64,000 bases of DNA, taken from the NCBI RefSeq assembly GCF_009914755.1, contig NC_060941.1. One strand, 5' to 3'. Each line of letters opens with the position of its first letter. Within the stretch, counting starts at the first letter, position 1. Shown in pieces: positions 39,450 to 52,303 of the stretch. The translations under genes and the position numbers were made by a program. The DNA comes from the human T2T-CHM13v2.0 reference genome, Homo sapiens. The notes beneath the pieces were generated by a model that saw only the letters and a program-made list of their open reading frames with translations, did not search any database and had not been told where the DNA came from.

Positions 39450-39760
39450 TTTTTTTTTTTTTTTTTTTTTTTGAGACGGAGTCTCGCTCTGTCGCCCAGG
39501 TCGGACTGCGGACTGCAGTGGCGCAATCTCGGCTCACTGCAAGCTCCGCTTCCCGGGTTCACGCCATTCTCCTGCCTCAGCCTCCTGAGTAGCTGGGACT
39601 ACAGGCGCCCGCCACCGCGCCCGGCTAATTTTTTGTATTTTTAGTAGAGACGGGGTTTCACCTTGTTAGCCAGGATGGTCTCGATCTCCTGACCTCATGA
39701 TCCACCCGCCTCGGCCTCCCAAAGTGCTGGGATTACAGGCGTGAGCCACCGCGCCCGGCC
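39450..39760 (-). mobile_element. AluYb8 (human lineage), full length with TSD tctcattttc
   Basis: Has the 7-bp duplication ggactgcggactgc plus gcgcaatctc, ccgcttcccggg, ccttgttagcc and cctcatgatccacccg. ~23-nt poly-T; 10-bp TSD at 39440-39449 and 39761-39770. Confidence 0.96.
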
Positions 39761-39784
39761 TCTCATTTTCATGATACAATTACT

Positions 39785-40590
<806 letters not shown>

Positions 40591-40679
40591 GCAGACATAA
40601 TCTATTTACCTGCAGATTAAAGTGTTATTTATTTTTCTTCCCCCCGTCCTAATTTTTTTAAAATAATATTAATTGTAGT

Positions 40680-41280
40680 AAAGAGAAAGAAAGAAAAGGA
40701 AAGAAAGTAAAAAGAAGGAAGGAAAGAAGGAAGGAGAGAAAGAAAGAAGAAAGAAAAGGAGGAAATGAGAGAAGGAAGGAAGGGAGGGAGGGAGGAAGGG
40801 AGAAAGGCAGGAAGGGAGAAAAAAGAAAGAACACAAGAAAGAAACAGAAAGAAAGAGACAGAGAGAGAAAGAAAGTGAGAAAGAAAGGAAGGAGGAAGGG
40901 AGGAAGGAAAGGAGGAAGAGAGAATGGTAAAAGGGAGGAAGGCAAAGAAAGAAAATAAAGAGGAAAAGGAAGGAAGGAAGGAAAAATGACGAAAGGAAGG
41001 GAGGGAGGAAGGAAGAAAAGGAGGGAGGGAGGACGGGAGAAAAAAGAAAGCAAGGAAGTGAAAAAGAAAGAATAAGAGAAAAGAAGGAAGAAAAGAAGGG
41101 AGGGAGAAAGGAAGGGAGGGAGGAGGGAAGGAAGAATCAGAGGAAAGAAAGAAGGAAGCAAAGAAGGAAGGAAGGAGAAAAAAGAAAGGAAAAGAAAAAA
41201 AAGAAAGAGAAAAAGAATAAAGGAAGGAAGAAGGGAAGGGAAGAGAAGAGAAAGGAAGATGGAAAGAAGGAAGGAAGACG
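40680..41280 (+). repeat. ~600-bp GA-rich polypurine low-complexity tract
   Basis: (GAAA)/(GGAA)/(GGGA) mosaics with very few pyrimidines on the + strand. Confidence 0.95.
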
Positions 41281-41339
41281 GCAAACATTAGAAATTCTGG
41301 GTTTGTTAGAGACTATGCCATACTGTTTTTTTTTTTTTT

Positions 41340-42000
41340 TTCACTTGAAAGGAAAGAGTATCTGCCATTGAAGATTGGATGTCTTGTTGGTGATATTGTT
41401 CTTATCTTCCATATGATTTCTGAGTTTGTGCCTAGTCTGTCCCTTACTGAGACAAAAGTTTTGAAGTCTGCAAATATAATTTTGGATTTTTCTAGTTCAC
41501 CTTTGATTTCTTTCATGTTTTACCTCATGTATTTGGAGGTTCTGTTGTTAGCTGCGTACCCTAATTAGTAGGATGTTTACATCTTCTTGAGAATTGATTA
41601 TTATATTATCTATTATCTCTCATCTCTGATACAATTTCTTGTTCTGAACTCTGTTGTGTCTAATATCAATGTAGTCCTTCCACAGCTTTATTTTAGTGTT
41701 TCCATGATATGGCTTTCTCCATATCTTGATGATAACCTATTTATATCTCTATATATTTGGAGCAAGATATAAAATTTAGACTTGATTTTTTAAAGATTTT
41801 CCAAGATGTAATTCTTATTTATTTTTGTTCTATTTGACATTCTCTGAGTTTCTTATATCTGAAGTTTGATTTTCTGTCACTTCTTTTAGAAAATTTTTGG
41901 CCGTTATTTTGAAAAATATTTCTTTTGCTCCATTATTTTTTCCTCTTTTCTTTTTGGGATTTCAATTATAACTAGGGTAGGTAATTTCATCTCAGTCTTA
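41340..42000 (-). mobile_element. Old L1 (L1M) fragment
   Basis: ttgaagtctgcaaatataattttggatttttctagtt..., ttttgaaaaatatttcttttgctccatt are typical antisense L1M text. Confidence 0.55.
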
Positions 42001-42202
42001 TGCAGGTACTTTTTCTCAGGATCTCAGGAATGTAGCCTTCTCACACTTCTGTTCTTTTCCTGGCTGTGTTGGTGAGCTCAGTGATATTCCTCCTTCACCT
42101 TCAAGAGCAGTTTTGTTTTGTTTTTCCTGTTTTCATACTCCCAGCATCAGGAGTATTCTAGGTGTGTCAGTTTTTGTTACCTTCCCCTACATATTAAGTG
42201 GA

Positions 42203-42490
42203 ATATCTTGGTCTATTTGGACTCTTATAACAAAATAACATGAACTGGGTGACTAAAAAACAACAGATATTTCTTTTTTCACACTTCTTGAGGCTGTAAG
42301 ATCTCAGGTCAAGATGCTCACAAATTCAGTGTTGATGAGAGCCCATTTCATGGTTCATAGATGGTGTCTTCTTTCTATGTCCTCACATAGTGGAAGGCAC
42401 ACAAGAACTCCATTGAGCTTCTTTTATAAAGGCACTAATCCCATTCATAAGGGCTCGGCCCCCAAGACCTGGTCACCTCCCAAGTGTTCT
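42203..42490 (-). mobile_element. MLT1A-like LTR fragment
   Basis: ataacaaaataacatgaactgggtgac, tcaagatgc, cttttataaaggcactaatcccattcataagggc. Confidence 0.75.
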
Positions 42491-43319
42491 GCTCTCCCTG
42501 ATCTGTATCATATACAGACTCTCTTGGATTCCTTACCAATTGCTTGAGAGATCACAGTGGGTTTGTGGGGAAAAAGTTTTCAAGATGATAGATCTTTCCC
42601 AACTTCTGCAGCTGTCAGCCGTCTCCCAATCTGACCAGCCCCACTTTGTCCTTAGGAATTTATTGATTATTCAAGCTTTACTTGTCATAGTGGTGTCTAT
42701 TTGCATCTGTCCTAAGTAAGTGCATCTGTCCTCTTTCTCCTTGCAGGTGCTTGCTTTCCCTCACGTTTTGACTCAGTTCTTGGCAACCTGGTTGTTATAA
42801 AAATAAAGTCATGACTTTGAAGTTAGTTTGGTTATTACATTGTTGTAAGGTTAGGAGCCCTATTCCATCCCAGCTCTGCAAAACCCGGAATTTTTGGGGG
42901 GTTGAAATTTTAGGCTTTCTCTTTGAATTGTAGTTTTATCTTATTTCAGTTACAATTTGCATTTTCATAATGGTTAATGAGACTAAGCTTTTTTGTGTAG
43001 TTGACTGTAACTTTGGATTTTTTTCCCAACTCCCTTTTTATTTCTTATTTTCTTTATGGTTTCAGAAAATGTAGTTTACATAATTGCAGATTGATTTTTT
43101 AATCAGTTAATGGCATGCTTAATGGAGAGAAAAAAATATTAACTCTATTTCCCTTTTTAATTACTGTGTTTTTTTCTTTTTTAAGGAAATATTTCATTAT
43201 GTTAAATTTTAGTGTTATTCTACTTAGCTATTCCTTATAGTATTTTGGATTTCACATATAAATTTGTAACACATCTTGAGTTTTTTGTATATAGAGTAAG
43301 GCTATTTTCTCTTTTTTGT

Positions 43320-43765
43320 TTTTTAAGGCAAAAATCACATAATATAAAATTAATAACTTAACCATTTTAAAACATACAATGCACTTGCTTTTAGTATATT
43401 CACAATGTTCCAGGACAATTTCATCATGTCCCTTCTAAAAACCCATTATGCATAAAGTTGTTACACCCTATTCTGCTTCCCTGAGCCCTAATGACCAGTA
43501 ATCTGATTTATATCCCAATTGATTTGCCGATTCCTGATGTTTCATGTGAATAAAATCAAGTAATGTTTGTCCTTCTGTGAACTTAACATAATGCTTTCAA
43601 ATTTCACCCATATTATACCATCTATAAGTACTTCATTCTTTGTTATAGCTGGAAATTGGGTGTCCATTTATGAGTCAACAAGCATATAGATTGTTTCCAC
43701 TTTTTGACTGTATGAATATTACTGCTGTAAATATTCATGCACATGTTTATTTTTTGAGCACCTAT
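43320..43765 (-). mobile_element. Old L1 3' end fragment
   Basis: accattttaaaacatacaat, acttcattctttgttatagctg, ttgtttccactttttgactgtatgaat..gctgtaaatattcatgcacatg. Confidence 0.6.
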
Positions 43766-43769
43766 GTTT

Positions 43770-45250
43770 TGTAAGATTAACAGCTGACTTAACAGAAACA
43801 ATGGAAGGCAAGAGGCAGTAGAATCATATAGTCAAAAGATGCAAAGGAAAAAAAACTGTCAGCCACCAATTCCTTATCCAGCAATTATTTTTCAAAAATG
43901 AAGATAACACAAAGACTTACCCAGATAAACAGAAATATTAACTGAAGTTGTTGCTGGCAGACCTACCATATTAAAAAAAAAAAAAAAAACTAAAATAAAT
44001 TCCTAAGGCTAAAAGCAAGTTACACAAGACAGTCATTTGAATCCACGTTGTTAAAAAAGCACTGGTATAGGTAATATTAACATTATAAAAGACAGTATAA
44101 ATGCATGTTTTCTCTTTATCATAAATTGTTTATAAAATAATATGTGTATAACGGCCAGGCACGATGGCTCATGCCTGTAATCTCAGCACTTTGGGAGGCC
44201 GAGGCGGGCGTATTATGAGGCCAGAAGATCGAGACCATCCTGGCGAACACAGTGAAACCCCGTCTCTACTAAAAATACAAAAAATTAGCCGGGCGTGATG
44301 GCGGGCACCTGTAATCCCAGCTACTCGGGAGGCTGAAGTAGAAGAATTCATGAAGCAGGAAGATGGAGCTTGCAGTGAGTGGAGATTGTGCCACTGCACT
44401 CCAGCCTGGGCAACAGAGGGAGACTCCGTCTCAATGATAATAATAATAATAATATGTGCATAATGTATTGCTGAGTATTTGACATGTAGAAATGTAACAT
44501 GTCTATAACATATTTTCCAGCAGCATCAAAAAGGAGGTAGTTGGAAGAAAAATGTATTGTGATAAGGTAATCCCTCTAGATGGTAAAGTAATAATTACTA
44601 AAATGTGTTGTTGGCTTTGTAACTTTAAGAGATGTAATGTGTAAAGTGATAATACTTTAAAATGGAGGAAATAAAAGAGATTTGTAAAAGAATGATGTTT
44701 CTATGTATTACTAAAAGTTTACTAGTATAAATTGGAAGATGATTTGAATAATTAATTTTCCATATACTTATATGGTAAACGTACAACAACAACAAAAATT
44801 CTCAAAAATATATAGTAAAATAATTCATTAGTAATCTAAAGTTCCCTGTTTTAGAAAATATTCATTCATTGCAAAATAAAGCAATAAAGAAAAATATTTG
44901 GGAAATATACAAAACAAACGGTAAAATGGCAGACATAAATAGAATTATACCAATTATAATATTAAATGTGAGCAGATTAAAGTCCAATCAAGAGGCAGAG
45001 ATTGTCAGACTGGATTAAAACAAGTGATCCCAATATACGCTGAGATGCAAGGACACTAATGGATTGAAAGTAAGAAGATGACAAAAAATATCATGCAAAG
45101 AGCAATCATAAGAACACTGAACTCCTTATACTCATAACACACGATATAGACTATTAAAAATGTGAATAGTATTTTAAAAATTTATATTATAGTAATAAGG
45201 GGGTCAACACTTTCGGAAGACATAGCTATTACAATCATGTATGCACAGAT
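43770..45250 (+). mobile_element. Old L1 (ORF1 end / ORF2 start) fragment, interrupted by an Alu
   Basis: agattaacagctgactt..agaaacaatggaaggcaagaggcagtagaat, gcagagattgtcagactggattaaaac. Confidence 0.65.
44152..44447 (+). mobile_element. Diverged AluY-like element with (AAT)n tail and TSD aataatatgtg(t/c)ataa
   Basis: gatcgagaccatcctggc and ggagcttgcagtgag are AluY-type; direct repeats flank the element. Confidence 0.88.
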
Positions 45251-45251
45251 A

Positions 45252-45673
45252 GGAACTAAATTGTTTCCTCTATATAGATGCTGAAATCCTAACCACTGAA
45301 TATGACCTCATTAGGAAATAGGTTCTTTGCAGGTGATCAAGTTAAGATAAAATCAGATGAGCCTGAATTCAATATGACTGATGTCCTTATAAAAAGAAGA
45401 AATTTGAGTAGAGGGAGACATACACACAGGGAGAGTACCATGTGATTATGAGGGCAGAGATTAGCCAAGGAATGCCAAAGACTGCCCCTAAACCACCAGA
45501 ATCTAGAAACAAGGCATAGAACAGACTTTCTCTCATAGCCCTTGAAGGGACCATCCCTGCTGACACCTCAATCTCAGACTTTGAGCTTCCAGGACTATAA
45601 GACTATAAATATATGTTGTTCAAGGCACCCAGTTTGTGTTACTTGGTTATGGCAGCCCTAGAAAACTAATACA
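45252..45673 (+). mobile_element. MLT1B/C-like LTR
   Basis: ggaaataggttctttgcaggtgat, gactgatgtccttataaaaagaagaaatttg, ttatggcagccctagaaaactaataca. Confidence 0.8.
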
Positions 45674-45719
45674 TGAACTAATAACAAAGCATAATAACAT
45701 GAAGCAAAAATTGACAAAA

Positions 45720-47240
45720 GAGGAGCATCAGCAAAATGGCAGTGGAGACAGCTGCAATCTTTCATTTCCCCACAGAAACATCACACAACTAAGAGAAACT
45801 GTCTGAATAAACTTTGCCAAAACTCTGGAAAATGGTCAAAAGATTACAACAACCAAGTGAAAGCAGACTCAAGAAAAAGACAACTTGAAAACTTTATGAC
45901 ATTTTTAACTTGCCTTTGCCCCAGCAAATTAGCAGTTTTGAAGTGTCAGAAGCCCACGTTTCCAGTGAGGAAACCTGGTCCATGGTCCAAAGGAACAAGA
46001 GAAGATCTTACCCACAAATTATTATGTGTCTGTTCTGACTGGTCGGGGGATACCTAAAGGACTAATGAAAGGCTTTTTTTTTTCTGTGTTGCTAGAATAC
46101 AGAAGAGATAAGGAATGGACATTATTAAGAAACTCTGCAAGGAGACCTAACAAACCACAGATGCTTAGGTCAAAAATTAGAGTTTACACATATAGTACAT
46201 CACCTTCAGCACAGGAAGAAAAGTTGGAGAAGAGTATTTGGAAAACTAAGACATTCAAAATCATTCACGGACATGGGAGAGTCTAGAAAGTCACATGTAT
46301 GCATAGGTTAAGCCACATGCTGACAAATGTCATAAGAAGACCCTACACTTTTACCTTGGCTGATCCCTCCCCTCAGTGCAAGCTCTGTACAAGAGTGAAC
46401 TTGAACTTCACTCAGTGCAAGAGTGAACACACACTTTGTGCCGGCATTAAAGAACCCAGCACAAAGCCAGTCTGCATGGCCTAGAGACATATTTTGCTGG
46501 ATAATGATTCCTTGTTTTTCTTTTTTTGTTGTATTTGCCTGTTTGCTTAGTTCCTGACATACAATAAAATCACTGTCAAAACATTAGCTTAACATTTGTT
46601 AAGGAAACAAAAAGACTTCAGTGACCACACCTTATAAAGCAAACAGTTTTGTAAATCACTTTGGAAAATTTCACTAAAAATTAAAACCTTAACAATAATA
46701 AGCAAATAAAACTTAAAACCACAAAACATTAGTGTGTTTGTAAGGGGGGGGGGTCTGATTTACAGGGTAGCCACATAGTAATTATAATTATTATAATGTC
46801 CAGTTTTCAAAAAGTTACAAGGCATACGAAGAATGGGAAAGTATGGCTCATTCAAAGGAACAAAATAAATTGACAGAAAATATCTCTAAGGAAACCCAGA
46901 CATCAAACTTACTAGACAAAGACTTTAAAACAACTCTCTTAATTATACTCAAATGTCAAAAGGAAAACAGAAACAAAGAAATAAAGGAATAAGAAAAAAT
47001 ATTAAAAAGTAGGACTATCAACAAAGAGATAACAGAAATTCTGGAGTGGAAAACTACAATGATAAAAATTAAAAAATCACCAGAGGGATTTAAGAGTATA
47101 TTTGCACACACAGAAGAAGTCATGAGCTTGAAGATAAGAAAATGGAAAATATTGACTCTGAGAAACAGATAAAAAATGAGCAGAGACTAAGGAATCTGTG
47201 GGACATCATCAAATAGACCAACATTCATATTCTAGAAAGT
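45720..47240 (+). mobile_element. Old L1M 5'/ORF1 fragment
   Basis: cttactagacaaagactttaaaacaact, gaaattctggagtggaaaactacaat, gcagagactaaggaatctgtgggacatcatcaa. Confidence 0.65.
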
Positions 47241-47269
47241 TAAATTATGTTGTTAAAAACTTTACCATT

Positions 47270-47412
47270 CTTTCTTTTCACCTTTCTTTCTTCCTCCCTC
47301 CCCCTCCTCCTCTTTACTTTTCATCCTCTTCCTTTCTCTTATTTCTCTCCTTCATTATCCCTTTCGCTCTGTTTCTCTTTCTCCCTTTCTCTTTTCTTTT
47401 CTTTCAATTTTC
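47270..47412 (+). repeat. CT-rich low-complexity tract
   Basis: ctttctttcttcctccctccccctcctcctc... Confidence 0.85.
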
Positions 47413-47739
47413 TCAATTACCAAGAGATGTTTAAATACCCTTACCATGTTAGTACATATGGTTATTTATCCCTTTAGTTCTCTTTTGAGATTTATAGTCA
47501 CTCTAAGTAAAGAGATAACCCAAACATAAGCCCCACAAACAGGCTTCCATACCATTCTTAATTTGGTCCTGTAATTCTTCGTTGCTGTATTAACTTTCTG
47601 ATGCTTTTAAGGATGTTTTATAACAAATTGTTCAGTTTTTTCCAATGGAATGTTTATTCTGAATTATCTAATTCATATTGTAAATATATAGGGAGTTTAA
47701 TATAAAATTATTAAACTAATATTTGTGAAAGAATGTATT

Positions 47740-48560
47740 TGTGCATTTAACAAATATGTTAATACTCAAACAGTTATTGGGCAGCTGAGCACACAGCAAT
47801 GAAAATAACATAATTTTTATGTGTACAATATTTATGGAATACGTTACTGGAACAAATAAATAATTTAGTTAATAACATGACAAAGAACAGAAATGGTATA
47901 CACTATAGAGCACAGTAATGGAATAATGAATGATTAAAGTTATTAATATTAGGTAGAAAATGAAGGGTATCTTTGAGAGCAGATCTCAAGGAAGCAAGCA
48001 ATTCGCCTTATGAGGAAAGAGTTACCTGTGGATAAAGGAGAATCTGAAAAATTTACAAGTCAAGACTTTTTGAGCAAAAACAAAAATATGACTATTAGTC
48101 ACCAATTCAGTACAGTGAAAAAAAAGCTGAAGAGACATCTTGGAAGTACACCATGTTGTGGAAGAGCATGTAGGGTTTTGATAATCATGGGATGATTCTG
48201 AATTAATTTTAAATGCGATAGGAATATATGAGATACTTTCACCAGAGAATAACATGATTGTGTTTGCATTTCAAAGGGGTGTATCTGGTGCACTGTGTAG
48301 AATAAGTAGGTTATGTGAGCAAATAAATTGGGAGGCTATTGTAATCCAGAGAAAAAATGTAGTGACTTAGGTGTGAATGCTGTTAGTATGAGTGGTATTA
48401 GTGGTGAGAAGTCGTTAGGCCATGGATGTATTTCATAGGACTGGCCAAGAGAACTGCAGCTAAATTGGAGTGTAGGGAGTGAAATGGAGAACTCAAAGAT
48501 GACTCTCAGCACTGGAAGGTGACAGCTGTCACTGAAGCATGCTGATGCCTCTTATTAAGA
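47740..48560 (-). mobile_element. L2 fragment (highly diverged)
   Basis: catttaacaaatatg, gggaggctattgtaatccag, gaactcaaagatgactc resemble antisense L2 3' region. Confidence 0.5.
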
Positions 48561-50920
48561 GAGTTACTTGGGAATGGCAAGATCAAAACTTCTCACTTTC
48601 AAATTTATGGAAAATATTGTTTTCAGAACGAATGACTTTGGGATCAGAAAGCCATCATTCTAATTGATGGCTCCACGACTACACAGGCTCACACTCCCAA
48701 GAACAAAAGTAAATCATCACAAAGGTGCTTCCTGATAATTCTAGAGAATGGAGAATTACTGTAACATCTTTCTGATTTTAGGAGAGGTAGCAGTTCTCTT
48801 TTTAGCCTAAATGCTATTTTTTTAAAGCTCAGCCAAGAGACTCCATTATAATTTTCAAATGTGTATAACTTAACTTCTCATATTAAATACCACTATGCTT
48901 AAGTTAGTCAAAACATTTTCCCCATCTACAACTCTATCTTGTCATTGCAATCATTTTCACAAAAGTGACTTCAGCTAACAGACCCTAAAAGGGGAAAATC
49001 TAGGGTAGGTTATCTGATCTAGTTAGTTTTGAAGACAGGATCTAGAGATTATTTAATATGAAATAGGTCACCTGAAATGAAGTGTTTACTGAAAACAGCT
49101 TGGATCAGCCCAGTTTTCTACCACTGAACCATGCATTTGGTTTAAAAAACACAACAACTCTGGGGAATATTGGCTGCTTCCAACTGTGTTGAAGGTGTTA
49201 AAGAAAAGAGCATAAAATTATAAATGATCATCTGAGGCCTTTATAGTCTCTGCTCAAGAGACTAGAGTCTTCCATTCTTAACGAAACACCCAAATATCTT
49301 CATAATTGGGCAAAATCTAAATATCAGAGAGATAATTTTATCTTGAAGATTGTTAAATTATAATGGTGATTGACTACCTTGCCACGTCTCTGAGTCAAAA
49401 ATTAGATCTTTGTTTAAGAATCGATGGTACTCTGCAACTTGGAAATAGGAAGATTTTAGAAGACTCAAACATTGACTTTCTTGTGTGCAAAAAAAAAGAC
49501 GTATTGACATAAGACAAGTCTTTCCTTGCAAGGATACCTCTAATGCTCATACACCACCTCCCCTAACGTTAATATAGCTTCCAGATCACTAACCAGTGTC
49601 AGAGAGCAGCCTATGAAACTACAAATTCAAAAGATGTCTAACACAGGGTCAAGCCTAGAATAAGGAGTCTTAGCTAATTTAGTATGCTTTTCCCCCCAAA
49701 TTCATATTAACAAAAACTTGGATATGTCAGAGATTGCATTCTAAGTTCACTCAACCTAGGAGGGAGAAACATAATTTTAAATTAAGAGCTGAAGCATTCT
49801 TGTCCTAACAAAAAGCAAGGAAAATGAAATATCACACCACAGGAGGGATTTCACAAATTAGTGTCAACATCAAAACCTTAAAATAGGCAAGGAAAATGGA
49901 GATTCACAATTAACTCTTCTACTTGTTTTGTTCAGAGAAGAGATGGTTCTGAGAGAATGACAGTGAATTAACCCCAGCTGGTTTAGTTGGTGCTTTCAAT
50001 TGCTGCTTCTGATAAACTCCTTTAGCTAGAATAAATTGATGAGGATTTTGGCATGTGGTATTAGAGATGGTTATTAATTTTGTCCTCTTATTTGCATTGT
50101 TCAATGTAGTAAATACTAGCTGTATATGGCTACTTAATTTCAAATTAATTACAATGAAATATACTTAAATATTGAATTTTTTAGTCACTGTTGGTTCATT
50201 ATTGAATACCTTCAGCTAAGATTTCCCATCTAAATACACTAAGAGGTGGCTTAGTTAACTGGTCGTCCACAAATATTGATGCTGTTGTTAACTCCTGATA
50301 TATTCTCTGCAAATAGATTCATGAGCCTCCTCCTGAAACCAGCAGCCTAGAGATAATTTCATAAATTGGACACAAGTTGGAAATCTATACTCTTTAAGTG
50401 TTTGAAATATTAGCTTCCCAGGGAAGAAAATCAAATTCATAAGATATGTTAGGACAATTTAACTCAAGATGTTCAAAACTGAAATGACATATTCTACAAT
50501 TTGTGATAAAACCACCCCCTAACAAATTAAAGCAAAACAGGGATTGACCTTAAAGACCTGCCTTTTCCTCATCCCCCAGCCAATCAGTTTTCAAATCTTG
50601 CATTTTATTTTGAAAAGTCCTTATCCCGCTTGTCTCGGGTTTCTAGACTTGGCACATATTTAAGTTTGTTACCTCTATCTACTGACTTTCCTCTCTTCAA
50701 ACAGTATCTATGCCTGCCAAATGTGAACATACAAAAAACAAATCAGAATGTGCCATTCTGATTTAAACTGCTTATTAGTTAATACCCTCAAGATAACATC
50801 TGGGTTCTTAGCTGCACTGAGTTAAGCCTACTTACATCTTTTTTGTCTTCCACTGCACTTTTCCTATCACATTACACTCCAGCAATACCAAGCTGTGCCG
50901 CCTTCTACCCCATTTCCACT

Positions 50921-52030
50921 ATTTTGCCCCCGCCGCCGAGGCTTTTTGCCCCCGCTGCCGCGGCTTTCTCCCACAGCGGCTTTTTGCCCCCGCAGATGCA
51001 GCTTTCTCCTACCTCGCCTTTTTGCCCCCGCCGCCGCGGCTTTCTGCCGCCGCGGCTTTTTCCCCCACCGCCGTGGCTATTTACGGCTTTTTTCCCCCTG
51101 CTGCCGCGGCTTTTTGCCCCCTGCCGCCGCGACCTTTTGCCCCCGCCACCGCAGCTTTTTGCCCGCGCCTCCACGGCTTTTTGTCCCCGCCGCCACGGCT
51201 TTCGCCGACGCGGCTTTTTACCCCCGCCGCCACGGGTTTTGGCCGCCGCGGCTTTTTGCCCCCTCCCCCACGGCTTTTGCCTATGCGGCTTCTTGCCCCC
51301 GCCGCCGCGGGCTTTTTCCCCCGGCCGCGGCTTTTTGCTGCCGCTGCCGTGGTTTTTTGTCCCCGCTGCCGAAGCTTTTTGCCACCGCCGCCACTGCTTT
51401 TTGCGACTTTTTGCTCCCCCCACCGGGGCTTTTTACCTCCGTCGCCGCGGCTTTTTCCCCCACCACCGCGGCTTTTTGCCCCCGCCGCCGCTGCTTTTTG
51501 CAGCTTTTTGCCCCTGCCACCGCGGCTTTATGTGGTTTTTTGCCCGCGCCGCCGCGGCTTTTTGCCCACGCCGCCGCGGCTTTTAGCGGCTTTTTGCTCC
51601 TGCCGCCGCGGCTTTTTGCTCCTGCCGCCGCGGCTTTTTGCCCCCCGCCTCAGCGGCTTTCGGCCACCGCGTCTTTTTGCCCCCGCGGCCGCGGCTTTCT
51701 CCCACCGCGGCTTTTTGCCCTCGCCGCCGCAACTTTTTGCCTCCGCCGCCGAGTCTTTTTGCCCCCGCCACCATGGCTTTTTGCCCTCGCCGCTGCGCCT
51801 TTTTCCCTCCACGGCTTTTTGCCCCCGCCGCCTAGGCTTTTTGTCCTCGCCGCCACAGCTTTCTGCCCCCGACACCGCCGCTTTTTGCCGCCATGGCTTT
51901 TTGCCCCCGCCGCCGTGGTTTTTGCCCCCGCCGCTGCGGCTTTTTGCCCCTTCCGCTGTGACTTTTTCCCCGGCCGCCGCGTCTTTTTGCCCCGGCCGCT
52001 GAGGCTTTTTGCGCCCGCCGCCGCGGCTAT
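50921..52030 (+). repeat. GC-rich GCTTTTTGC / (GGGCAAAAAGCCGCGGC)-type pericentromeric duplicon-border tandem repeat
   Basis: Tens of degenerate units of gccgccgcggctttttgccccc with 22-, 16- and 10-bp variants; very CpG-rich against AT-rich upstream DNA. Confidence 0.92.
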
Positions 52031-52245
52031 GAGGGCAGGAGTGGCAGAATCGTCTGCCAGCTCTACTGGCGTCCTGGTGGGGTCAGCGCCGAGGGGCGCT
52101 CCTGGTCCAGCTCTCCAGGCTTGGGGGTTCCTTGCCTAGGCGCCTGAGCCCCCTGCCTGGGCCGCTGCGGCTTGCATAGAGCGGCCCTGCGCGCGGCGGC
52201 GATGGGAGAAAAGGAGGGCGGTGGTGGGGGTGATGCCGCCGGGTC
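50921..52245. promoter_or_regulatory. CpG-island-like segment (GC repeat plus KSR1-derived 5' region)
   Basis: Dense CCGCGG/GCCGCC CpGs over ~1.3 kb in otherwise CpG-poor DNA. Regulatory function is not shown. Confidence 0.5.
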
Positions 52246-52264
52246 CAGCCCTCTCATCTTGTAG
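52031..52264 (+). pseudogene. Duplicated, truncated KSR1 exon-1 fragment (KSR1P-like)
   Basis: 52172-52240 translates [23 protein letters not shown]; the recalled KSR1 N-terminus is [29 protein letters not shown]. The reading frame then leaves KSR1 and stops at TAG 52262-52264. Confidence 0.8.
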
Positions 52265-52303
52265 GTGAGGAAACCGAAGGCCTGAGGGAGAACTGACTTG
52301 CCA
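52250..52303 (+). mobile_element. MIR fragment
   Basis: ctcatcttgtaggtgaggaaaccgaaggcctgagggag..tgacttgcc matches the MIR core. Confidence 0.6.

Noticed and set aside
40629-41288. 208-219 aa F/L/S/P-rich ORFs resembling membrane proteins
   Set aside because: Translation of the CT-rich strand of a low-complexity tract.
50921-52030. Hairpin plus T-tract units resembling bacterial intrinsic terminators
   Set aside because: Eukaryotic tandem repeat; no prokaryotic context.
50843-52139. Overlapping 247-414 aa Pro/Arg/Ala-rich ORFs
   Set aside because: All frames are open because the GC-rich tandem repeat lacks stops; there is no frame preference.
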